Shown here: piece after piece, positions 10,601 through 20,700 of the stretch
Position numbering within the stretch: position 1 is the first letter of the stretch
How the letters are laid out: each line of letters starts with the position of its first letter
Source of the DNA: Halichondria panicea
Taxonomy: Eukaryota
Direction: 5' to 3'
DNA length: 64,000 nucleotides
NCBI RefSeq assembly: GCF_963675165.1
Contig: NC_087384.1
Location: forward strand, 2,614,315-2,678,314
Notes under the pieces: generated by a model
Databases searched by the model: none
The model's input: only the letters and a program-made list of their open reading frames with translations
Told to the model about the DNA's origin: nothing
Made by a program: the position numbers and the translations under genes

Positions 10601-13600
10601 CACAGACGCTAAGGAGAAAGACTCTGATGACAGTGGTGTGGGGGACCACGAATCTACGCCCGATAGCTCGTTGATGCAAGGCTTTAAAGCCCCCGAGATA
10701 GATGCGGAGGCGTACAAGGCGATAGACTCGTACGAGGCTGAGGGTCCAGGTCAGGTGACCTTTGAGGCCGGCAGCACTGTGCATGTCCTGGATAAGATGG
10801 AGGATGGTGAGTGCATGCATAGTTATGGCTAGTTAATCCATCCGTAAAGGAGTGGCCAACTCTCATAGCATGTGTGTGATTATGTTATAGTTATGTTATA
10901 GTTATACTAGTTATACTAGTTATACTATGGTTCTAGGGATTTATGGCAAATAACTAACCACTAACCACTCTCTTCTCACAGTGCATGCATAGTTATGGCT
11001 AGTTATGCATAGTTATGGCTAGTTAATCCATCCATAAAGGAATGGCCAACTCTCGTAGCATGTGTGATTGTGTTATTATAATACCACTCTCTTCTCACGC
11101 AGGATGGTGGTTTGTGAGCAATGGTGTTGATGAGGGCTGGGCTCCGTGTAGTTACCTGGAAAACGGAGGAGATGAAGAGGAGGTGGCCATCTCCAGCCTA
11201 GGTGAGGACTAGCAGTCTGTATGTATGGCAGGTGACTGTCCGTATTTGGCAGTGAGCTAGTAACATTTAAGTATGAGGGATTATAAGTACTCAACTGAAA
11301 GTATGGTTGTTTTGTCATGCGGATATAGTTTGAATGACTGTGCATTTACTGAAATTCTTGTGAAACCAACCATCTAAATATCCTGCACACTATAGTTACA
11401 ATCAATTAATACCTGATACATGCATGGTCTTAATATTGCTTAATAGCTATAGGCACTTCATGGCTCATTGAGTGGACTTTTATTAGTACTTGGAACATAC
11501 CAAATTATTACTCCCTTTTTGTGACGATTAACATTGCACAGTTATTATGCTCAATATCATGCATACATTAATTAACGTTTGCCAAACAACAAAGATTTTA
11601 AATGTAATATCTGGTTACAAGCTGTTTGATGATGGTATAGCTACGTAGGGCCCAATGCATGCCATGCATCTGATTCATCTCAATTATCGTGACACAGATT
11701 TGCAAGTGCTTGTTTACTATCATAGTAGCTGTCCAAATAGGTATTTCCTGTCACTATTGTATGATTGCCAACACAATCCTAAATAAGGTGATGTCTAACC
11801 CCACCAACCCCCTTCAAGTAAAATCTGCAATTTCAACCTAGGAAAGCCTATTTTTACTTATATTAGTATGGGTACTCAGAGATCACCTCACCCCACCCCC
11901 TCTAGATATTCAAAAGTATGTGACCCTGGAGGAGTATAAAGCTGAGGAGGACGACGAGATGTCATTTGTAAAGGGCATTACAGTTGACGTGATTCAGAAA
12001 AGGCTGGATGGATGGTGGCTGATCAAACTACACTCTAGGATAGGTCTGGCACCAGCCACTTTCTTGAAGAAGCTCTCGAGCCCCTGCCCTCAGAGTGAGT
12101 CAGGAGAGGAGCCCCTTTTTCGTAAGGTCAATGTGGTGACGGCTTCGTCTCCTCCACAACCTGAGTTTCTGATCACCAACAAGCAACCACCAAGAAAGTG
12201 AGTTGAAGTTCCCTACGTACACCATGCCACCAATTAATTAAACCACTCAAAATTGAATTATTGTCCCTAAAATTTCTCTCACTTTATATGGCTTTGACTT
12301 CGAGGACAGTCATTTTGATTTTTGTTGTACTGACAGGTTTAAATTCACACCAGTAATTTAAATTGGTTTGTGCAGAGGCTATGAATTAGTATAGCAGTAT
12401 ACCCGTTGCCCTAGCTATCAGCTTGCAAGTAGTTTTGTGTGCATGTAACCAGTGACCATGTTTCCTGTCTTGCCCCAGGCATTACACCCTAACTGTGTTG
12501 AAGCATTGCCAACACACCCCCGCATGAGCAATGCACGTTTGAGCATGCGATGCATGTACCAGTGGGGGTGCTGCTTACTATACTGTATACACTGTAGCTG
12601 TTGATAGCATGTGATACATGTACCAGTGGGGGTGCTGCTTACTATACTGTATACACTGTAGCTGTTGATAGCATGTGATACATGTACCAGTGGGGGTGCT
12701 GCTTACTATACTGTATACACTGTAGCTGTTGATAGCATGCGATGCATGTACCAGTGGGATAGCTGTTGATAGCATGCGATGCATGTACCAGTGGGATAGC
12801 TGTTGATAGCATGCAATGCATGTACCAGCGGGGGTACTGCTTACTATACTTTATACACTGTATACGTAGCTGTTGATGCAGCACATGCATAACACAACTG
12901 TACCTGTGCATGTATGTATTCACTGTCACATCACTTTTTCTCTCTACAGGCAATCGGTTCGTTATCGAGCTAGTATGAAGAAGAACATATTAAACAAACC
13001 TCAAGCTGAGAAGAGAATTCTCTCACCTCTCCACCAAGTACAGACCACTCCCCTCTCTCCGATCTCATCCGAAGTGACAAGTGATCCCGGTAAAAGCCTG
13101 GCTAAAGGGCGTTTAAATGCACCAATACCTGCACCAAGAACTGCCCGCAACTTAAGCCCAATCTCTTCCGATTCTGAGCCAGAATCACAAGGGCAGAGCA
13201 AATCACAGCCTCCAAAATCGCCAAGAATGGTCAAACGTGGTTTGGAAAGTAGGATCAAAAAGTTCGAGAAACGTAGAGAGTCAGAATCTTCAATGAGCGA
13301 GGACAGTATTCCTGCCTCCCACAAATCAGAGCGTCTTTCTAAGCAAATATCCTCTCCAGATGTGCACACAGATTCACATGTAAAAGTACACGGAAAATCT
13401 TACTCAGTGGATGAAGTATCAGAAGACAGAAGGAGGGGGGAAGTTCCAACACCACCCCCTCGCCCTCACAGAGCTGAAATGAACCGGCTGCATGTTCCAG
13501 TTATCCCCAAGATTACCGAGGATCTGTTAGCAGACGATTCTCCTTCCTCAGGCCCAAATAGACCAGCTAGACCGAGAGTGAGTGAGATACGAAGAGCCAA

Positions 13601-14069
13601 GGATAAATCACGATCTACGAGTCCTTACAGGTTGGACGGAGAAGGAGACACTGATGCTTCCTCCGTGTTCTCTATGAGCTCAAAAAGTTCATCAGAAGTT
13701 TCCTCCAAAGCACATCACAGAAAAGTTCACAAGAAACTAAGCACTGTTGACACACCTTCTGCCTCTTTGTTGCCTCCACCTGTACCTCGACGAAAGAGCA
13801 CTAGTGATGCAGACATTGACGAAGCTTGTGCTCCACCCCTTTCAGCTCCACCCCAACGACTGCCCACAGACACTTCACAAGCTGCCAATCCACTCAGCCA
13901 GCAAATGGCAGACACACTGATCAAGTACATTTTAGCGTCAGAGGACCCAGGACTCAAAGACGCTTTACGTCAAATCATCACGAGCAACCCTCAAGCAATG
14001 AAGGTCATACAGGGTGATACGGGAGTGCAAGGTGGAAGGCCACCTACTCCCCCACAGAGACCTTATTGA
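7548..14069 (+). CDS. Gene span: Tks/SH3PXD2-like adaptor paralog B (PX + 3 SH3 + long Pro/Ser-rich tail), 12 coding exons, ~802 aa
   Basis: Exon-by-exon homology to paralog A with conserved intron phases; terminal ORF 12873..14069; AATAAA at 14144. Confidence 0.75.
7832..7912 (+). CDS. Paralog B exon 2, PX core (VFVIDITWNNSERFEVYRRYSDFFSFQ)
   Basis: ttttgcAG acceptor, GTCAGT donor. Confidence 0.8.
8089..8161 (+). CDS. Paralog B exon 3, PX (TTLKALFPGAAGKKTDTRVIPQLP)
   Basis: Anchored to ORF 8050..8253; GTGAGT donor; phase-1 end. Confidence 0.8.
8540..8616 (+). CDS. Paralog B exon 4, PX C-terminal part (KRIFVGRSHVAKVAEARLEQINRYCQ)
   Basis: Anchored to ORF 8521..8715; GTATGG donor. Confidence 0.8.
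8967..9055 (+). CDS. Paralog B exon 5 (TLISLEPLISESVHVIGFFSPRSTDKPLP)
   Basis: ccttAG acceptor, GTAAGC donor, phase-2 end as in paralog A exon 8. Confidence 0.6.
9322..9371 (+). CDS. Paralog B exon 6 (KLHLHRPASIHPQKIPA)
   Basis: ctttgcAG acceptor, GTAACC donor. Confidence 0.55.
9526..9636 (+). CDS. Paralog B exon 7, SH3-1 N-half (GSLFEDYCALAEYQAEDESQISFSPGEKVLVLSKDDSG)
   Basis: Anchored to ORF 9462..9644; GTAAGT donor. Confidence 0.8.
10324..10452 (+). CDS. Paralog B exon 8, SH3-1 C-half (WWMCSVDGGKVGWAPPSYLKKCEKNSDGDSDTDDEYIGFPDS)
   Basis: ctacAG acceptor, GTAAGC donor. Confidence 0.75.
10606..10806 (+). CDS. Paralog B exon 9, acidic linker + SH3-2 N-half (...AYKAIDSYEAEGPGQVTFEAGSTVHVLDKMEDG)
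   Basis: Anchored to ORF 10638..10832; GTGAGT donor at 10807. Confidence 0.8.
11103..11201 (+). CDS. Paralog B exon 10, SH3-2 C-half (WWFVSNGVDEGWAPCSYLENGGDEEEVAISSLG)
   Basis: ctcacgcAG acceptor, GTGAGG donor. Confidence 0.75.
11906..12197 (+). CDS. Paralog B exon 11, complete SH3-3 (KYVTLEEYKAEEDDEMSFVKGITVDVIQKRLDGWWLIKLHSRIGLAPATFLKKL) + linker
   Basis: Anchored to ORF 11920..12201; GTGAGT donor overlaps the in-frame TGA. Confidence 0.75.
12540..12870. repeat. Minisatellite (~62-bp unit x ~5, with 36-bp truncated variants) in the last intron of paralog B
   Basis: Repeating gatagcatgtgatacatgtaccagtgggggtgctgcttactatactgtatacactgtagctgtt. Confidence 0.85.
12950..14069 (+). CDS. Paralog B terminal exon (Pro/Ser-rich tail with PxxP motifs PPPRP, PPPVPRR, PPTPPQRPY; stop 14067-14069)
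   Basis: ORF 12873..14069; ctctacAG acceptor restores frame with exon 11 (aa + g = K). Confidence 0.75.
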
Positions 14070-14143
14070 TAAATATCATACACACTACCGGTATCTTTTC
14101 ATGCAATCACATTCATATACGTCACAGAGAACAATTTCCCACT

Positions 14144-14149
14144 AATAAA
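14144..14149 (+). terminator. AATAAA poly(A) signal for paralog B (75 nt after the stop)
   Basis: Canonical hexamer in ...ccactAATAAAgtgc... Confidence 0.5.
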
Positions 14150-14604
14150 GTGCTAAGTATTTATTTATAATTATTTTGTTTACTCACTTCACTCAAATTT
14201 TTAATTAAAAGATATCATTCTATTTTGTGTATAACCCTCTGTATTGTGCGTCCATAATTATACGTTGTTCAAGGATAGCAGTTGATCTGCTGATTAATTA
14301 TTGTAATGCCGATTGCATTGTCATTATTGCAATTCAAAAACTAGCTATATACAACTGAAAGCTGAAGGTTGGCATCAATTAGTCTATATACTATTCTTAT
14401 GCTCAATCCATTATACAAAATTAATTTTCTTTGCGGATACAAACTTTCACGTGAATTCATACACATAATTATTATTACTATATACTTTCAAAAAGGACTA
14501 CACACACACATGTACATGCACACAAGCCAAAAAATAAAGCAATTCTCAAAAAATCAATCAAAAACTGAAGGATATTGGCACTACATTCTACACTTTGCTA
14601 AAAG

Positions 14605-14748
14605 TCATTTAGGGAATGATTTTAGTTCCAGTTTACCTACTGCAGTTGTATGTACCTCGTCTGGACCGTCTGCTAGCCTCAGGATACGAGCCCAAGAGTA
14701 GAACTGAGCCAGAGGGGTGTCCGCAGACAGACCCTTGGCACCAAATGC
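14605..14748 (-). CDS. ACAD10-like terminal exon ([47 protein letters not shown], stop)
   Basis: ccacAG acceptor; TGA stop is the complement of 14605-14607. Confidence 0.75.
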   Translation of the reverse strand, partial: AFGAKGLSADTPLAQFYSWARILRLADGPDEVHTTAVGKLELKSFPK

Positions 14749-17700
14749 CTGTGGGGAAGTTATTGGAAAGTATAATCAGTCCGGTATACAAAACAGTAAT
14801 ACTGTACGTAGATAGGTTATGTTTACTATGCACTTACAGCATAGCTATTGAACAGCTCTACTTTCATGGTATAATTATTTATAAGCCACGACGGGTGTGT
14901 GAGTGTAAGGTCTTATTGGGTTATCGCAATTTCCATATACAGCCGCTATTACTGCTCACCTGCATTGCTCTGTCCACTACCCGCTGAGCCATGTGGGGCG
15001 CCACCACCTTGATCATGGCTATCTCCTGTCGGGCAGCCTGTATCACAGCAAAGATAAAAGTAGTGAATAGATACACAACAATATCTAATTAATATCTTGA
15101 AGCCCTGTGACCACTGCAAGGCACCACCAAATGTAATCTGTATACATACATGTTTCTGTGACTACATCAAAGGCCCACCTTGTTGCCCACTGTATCCATC
15201 ATGTGAGCAGCCTTGAGAGTGAGCAGTCTGGCCTGTTCCAACTCCATTCTAGAGTGAGCAATGTCTGCCAGGATGGTGTCTCTCTCAGCCAGGGTCTTCC
15301 CAAATGCAACCCTCTCCTTCACCTGAAATTTAAAAACATGCATTGCATATACTTGAATAGATAATGAATGCAGATCTTGATTGCAAGAGCTTTCGCAGAA
15401 CATTTTAACAAAACTGGGGCTTTTGGTGACTTGCCATATAAGAGTTTAGTACATGTACAGTCATGCATGTACATCATTTTTCATAACAGTGAGAGATCGG
15501 CTGCTTATTGGATGTGACCATAACTCACCCGTTCTTTCATCAGCTCCAGAGATCTCTCTGCCAGACCAATTAACCTCATGCAATGATGGATACGTCCAGG
15601 TCCCAGACGCCCCTGGGCTATCTCAAAGCCACGCCCCTCTCCCAGAATGAGATTGTCGGCAGGAACTTGTACGTTTATAAACTCTATCTCAGCGTGGCCA
15701 CCAGGAGCATCATCATACCCAAACACTGTCAGAGGTCGGAGTACAGACACGCCTGCTGTTTCCATGGGAACCAATACCATCGACTGTAGTTGGACATTGA
15801 AAGGACACATGATAGGGAATTTATTATACGATTACAAAGGAACTAGTGGTATTGAACATGAGTCGCTGTATTACTGTACACACATGATTGTGTATAATTA
15901 TGAACATTTGTCAATTATAGCACCTGCTGTTTGTGCCTTGGGGCAGTTGGGTCTGTCTTCCCCATGAAGATACACACCTTACATCTGGGATCCATGGCTC
16001 CTATGAAGTTAGTGTATATATAACCAAGTGTCAAATTCAAACATTGTAGGTTGATAACGTCAAAGGCTGTATAAATGCCCTTGATAACGCGTTCAGTACG
16101 TGTCATCAATATCCCTCTAAATTTACATGACAGTGCAAGAGACAATTCATGGAATGTATTGTGATGTCAAGTTGCCTATATCTTATGCTGAAACGTCATG
16201 CATTAAATTGGATAGTATTGCATGATCGACCGTGGGTGTACCTGATATCCACCACTTTCTGCCGTTTACGGTGTACCCTCCACCATTAGCACGAGAGATG
16301 GAGCTTTGAATGTTGGTGGCATCAGAGGAGGCCACCCCCGGCTCTGTCATACCAAAGCACGACCGAATATCACCCGAGAGAAGCGGTTTCAACCATTCTT
16401 GCTGTGTAGGGAATGGAAGGCATAAATTGTGGACCTAATAATTATTGTTAAGTTTCGCAGTTAAAGCATACGTATAATTAGCATAAACCAGACCTTCAAC
16501 ACTAGAGGTAAAAATCACTGCAAATTTGACGAACCTTTTGCTGCTCTGATCCATACTGTACCAACACTTCCATATTACCAGTGTCCGGAGGACTACAATT
16601 GAATGGCTGAGAGCGTGGGGGCGTGGGGGCAGCATTAACGCATGCATGTACGCACATGATATTGTACACATCACAGTTACTGTAATGGCCCAAGAGTGCA
16701 CGGACAAATTATGTACAAGCATTTGTAGATAAAAATTTAGTACACCTTCCCAGATTACATGTACCCTGATTAAATCATGCATGTGAGATTACTCATAATT
16801 ATTACGGTGTCATCATAATTATATCACATTACCAAGGACGTCCTTGACATTACTGAAATGTGCGTGCGCATTTCCTTTATCTACATTCTGTACCTCTGAC
16901 CCGAATAAACTGTGTCCCATGAGCTCAGCCAGGTGTGAGTACTCTAGGTTGGTCAGACCAGCACCGTAACTAGTGGAAGGGTCAGAGTCCGACGGCAAGA
17001 AGAGGTTCCATAGACCACATTTCTTTGTCTTGGCCTAGAACAAAATAATAGACTACATGTGTGTGTTCTCAAAGGTTGCATGAGCACAATTAATTAACTG
17101 ATTGCTTTTGCTTTGCTGTAACTTAATTTTGTGTATATGCATGCTCTTGCTAAATGAAGTACATGTACATGTACATCTATGGTACTGCCTATAGGCAACT
17201 TTAGAGGAGGGGGGCACCAGTTTTGTGTGTGCACATCTTATATAAAGCGCTCTGTTATGTACTCAACAAACACTGAGGCTATACATGTACATATACATAT
17301 ATCAGCATTCACAAGCTTTCGTGCCTTCTGTTTATTTGTACAAGGTACTTGTATCAGCTCGTATACACATGCAGCCTCTTATTTTGTGACACGTACATAC
17401 ATGTATCTTGCACCTTAAGTGCCTCCATTTTTGAGTGAGGTGTCCATCTCTCTGTCGACTGTTGATGCTCAAAGAGCTCCTCTTCTATTGGCAGCACTTC
17501 TTCTCTGATAAACTCTCTCACCTCTTTGTACAGCTGCTGCAGCCGAGGGGGGAAAGTGCTTGGGGGCCCTGTAATTAATTCAATCGAGGGGGCAGATGTG
17601 GAGTGATTCCTGTGGGGGGTAGCATTCTGAGGTGCAAGTGTAGAGAAAGTTCTTGCTCCAGGGGGCTTAGGGATTCGTGTGGGTGTGTTGTCTTGCTTCT

Positions 17701-20700
17701 GTGCAAAGGCCCATCCCTTGTCAGCAAATTTCTCAGCCATTTTGCCAACTTCCTTTGCATTGGAGGCACTCGCTTGATCTGTGCGTGTAAGAGTGTGGTT
17801 CTATAATGAGTGAAACGGGAGCTAGGGAGGGGGGGGGGGGGGGTTCCATGGAACCTGATATATGATATCAATTTGTCAAGATAAAAAGGGTGTAATAAAA
17901 GTCATACAGTCCCTTCTGTGTTATATATTTTATTTACAAGGTCACGTAGCCTTGATGCATGATTGGTAAGGGTTGTAGTGATGTAAAAACACAATGTCCT
18001 ATTTATATGAGTATCCTTGTGTTGTATAACTATAATTATGTACATATGAAATAAGGTAACTGGCCTCGGACTTGTCCTGTATACTTCCTACAACACTCGG
18101 TCTCATTATATATGTACCGTTCTGGTGGATATAATAACATGTACATGTACAATAATTATGTATAATTATATATATACCGATACTATGTACAGTGGAACCT
18201 CGATTATCCGGACACCTTGGTTCCAGAGGGAGGCCGAATAACTGAATATGCCGGATAACCGGATAATCGAACAGATAAACCACGCCTTAATCTACCCACT
18301 TAATTAATAAACAGCAGTGCCATGTACATGGTTGTTTGCGCATGATATGTGCAGAACAGAAGCAGGCCTATCTCCATGTTAACAGCTGCAATGCGCATGC
18401 GCATTAAGGGATACGCCCATTTTCAAATAGAAAATTACCAAGCCGGATAATCTAAGTTCCGGATAACGGAGGGCCGGATAATCGAGGTTCTTTTTGTAAT
18501 CAAACTACAAGTATAAATATATAGGCTGATATACATGAAGAATGTTCTCCAGGCTATATAATTATGTATCGACTTACTCTGTAGGGATCTCTTGTACACG
18601 CCCTGCAAAATGGCCGCCACTCTGAAGAAGGTGAAGGCGAGATAAAAATTCCAGTTATCCTTAAGGTCAGCCACCTGTCTGCAGTCAGAGTACGTTTTGA
18701 TCATCACCTCCTCACTTGGGATGCCTAGAGCAGCTATGTCCACACCGTTCAGTCCTGGAGAAGGAATGAAGGCTGAACACAATAGTTCACTGTTTATTCT
18801 TAGGGCAGAAACAAACTGTTTCAATTATTAAGTGGCACGGTTAAACTATGCTACATGTATGAAGACATAATTATTAGAGGGTAACCTGCTTGTACAAGGT
18901 GACCATACAAACTTAACACGTAATCTCTAGCTTATGGTTGAAAGGGATGTAATCCTACGCTTAGACCAAATCAAAAATCTGAGAATAGCATAAAACCATG
19001 CACAGAGGATCTAATGTCTGCTATATAATTATACTCTATACTCCACTTGATTCCGTTATAACTTAATTACACATAGTTACATGACCAGACCATGAACTGT
19101 ACCCTTGAGGTGTGGTTGGTCATGATCGAGGTGGTAGGTCATGCAAATGTAGGCGAGGTCTGATATTGGGTCACCGAGGGTGGACAGTTCCCAGTCCAGC
19201 ACCGCTAGCACTGTAGGACGATCCCTCGCAAAGATCAAGTTGTCCAATCTGCATGCATGCATGGGTAGGGATAAATATTCAGGATGACATATCACACTAG
19301 ATGCAACCTCTCTCAAACGACTCTACACACCTGAAGTCGCCATGTACGACAGTGGTGGTGTGGTTGCTAGGAGCTCTGCTGGGCAACCAGTCCACTAGTC
19401 TATCCATGGAAGGGATGGAGTGGGTTTTGCTCGCCTCGTACTGTCGTGACCAGCGCTCTGTCTGTCTCTGGATGTAGTTACCTGCACATTATGATTTATG
19501 AGCATAATATTAATACACTATAAAATATTGCCATAAACTAGGCATGTCCAGAAGAGGTACTTACACTATTAATGGCTGTGTAGAATGAGAAGAACATTAA
19601 TGAACAGGTTATAAGTTGCATGTGATCACATTCTCAAACCCCACCAAATTTGTACTTGTATGTACCTACATGAACATGTAGTAGTGTAAGCTAGCTAGCA
19701 TACCAGTTTTTCCGAAATCGGATAAATTGGCTTTCTGGATGTCCACAGAGTGAATGGCTGCCAGTACCTTGGCTGCTGACCGATAGATCACTTCTCTCTC
19801 ACATGGGTGGAGTCCTGGGAGGGTGGGGTCTTTGAACACTCGTCCGTCCGTATAGCCCATTATGTAGAATGGGGTACCAACCACGCTAGAGTGAATAAGT
19901 TGTACACATAAGCATCAGCGTGAGCATTAACCAGTTTTACCAAGGATGGGCTGAAAAGTCGATCGAAAATGTTCTGTTAGCCTGCGCTTTCTGAAGTCTA
20001 GAATTGGCAGCTGCAGCTGAAAGCTTGCTCAGACTATTGTGAACACACACTCTAAGCAGCTATAATACTAAAAAAAACTAAAGAGGGTCACTTCCAATGC
20101 ATAAAAAAGCCCCCATACCGTACTGTTGACAAAAGGTAGTGCGGCTCTCGACAGAGTTACGCATTTACAGTACGTACAATTCTACATTTGCATGCAGGGA
20201 ATGGTGCAAAAGAGTGCATGGGAAAGTATCGATCGTGATTGTTGCCAAAAAAAGGATGCCGAAAGTTCAGAGTCTATATAATGCCGCAAATTCATGAAAC
20301 AGTGCAGCTTTGCAGTTTTTTTTATGACTTTTGCAACCAATATAGCTAGCGTTCTAGTGCAGAGCTAACTACTGAGTAGAATAGCTAAAGCTATATTAAC
20401 AGATTTTACTGCACACGAGTCTGATTCGAAGTAAGCAAACCTAGCCATACCTCGAGAACGAAGCAATATTTTGCAAATCCACAAATTGCAATTCATGACT
20501 AGAAGCCTCACATTGAGCAGCTGTAGCAGTTGCTAAGTTTTCCCCGTTTTTTTCCTATTCTCCCCCAATTTTTCTCGCTTTCTTCCCCACTATTTCCCCC
20601 TATTAATATACATGTATTATGAAGGTTGTCCCAACTTATCCTGTATTCACTCTCTAGTCTTACCTGTCTGTCTCACAGAGTGAGTGCAGCGGGGGCACAG

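Noticed and set aside
12540-12870. Checked whether the regular ~62-bp tandem array could be a CRISPR-like array
   Set aside because: This is a eukaryotic intron. The units are contiguous with no unique spacers, which makes it an ordinary minisatellite.
12578-12953. ORF-track products on the minus strand (68 and 103 aa) with internally repetitive sequence
   Set aside because: They lie entirely within the 62-bp minisatellite in the last intron of paralog B. The repetitive peptide (YSKQHPHWYMYHMLSTA repeated) is a translation artefact of the tandem repeat.
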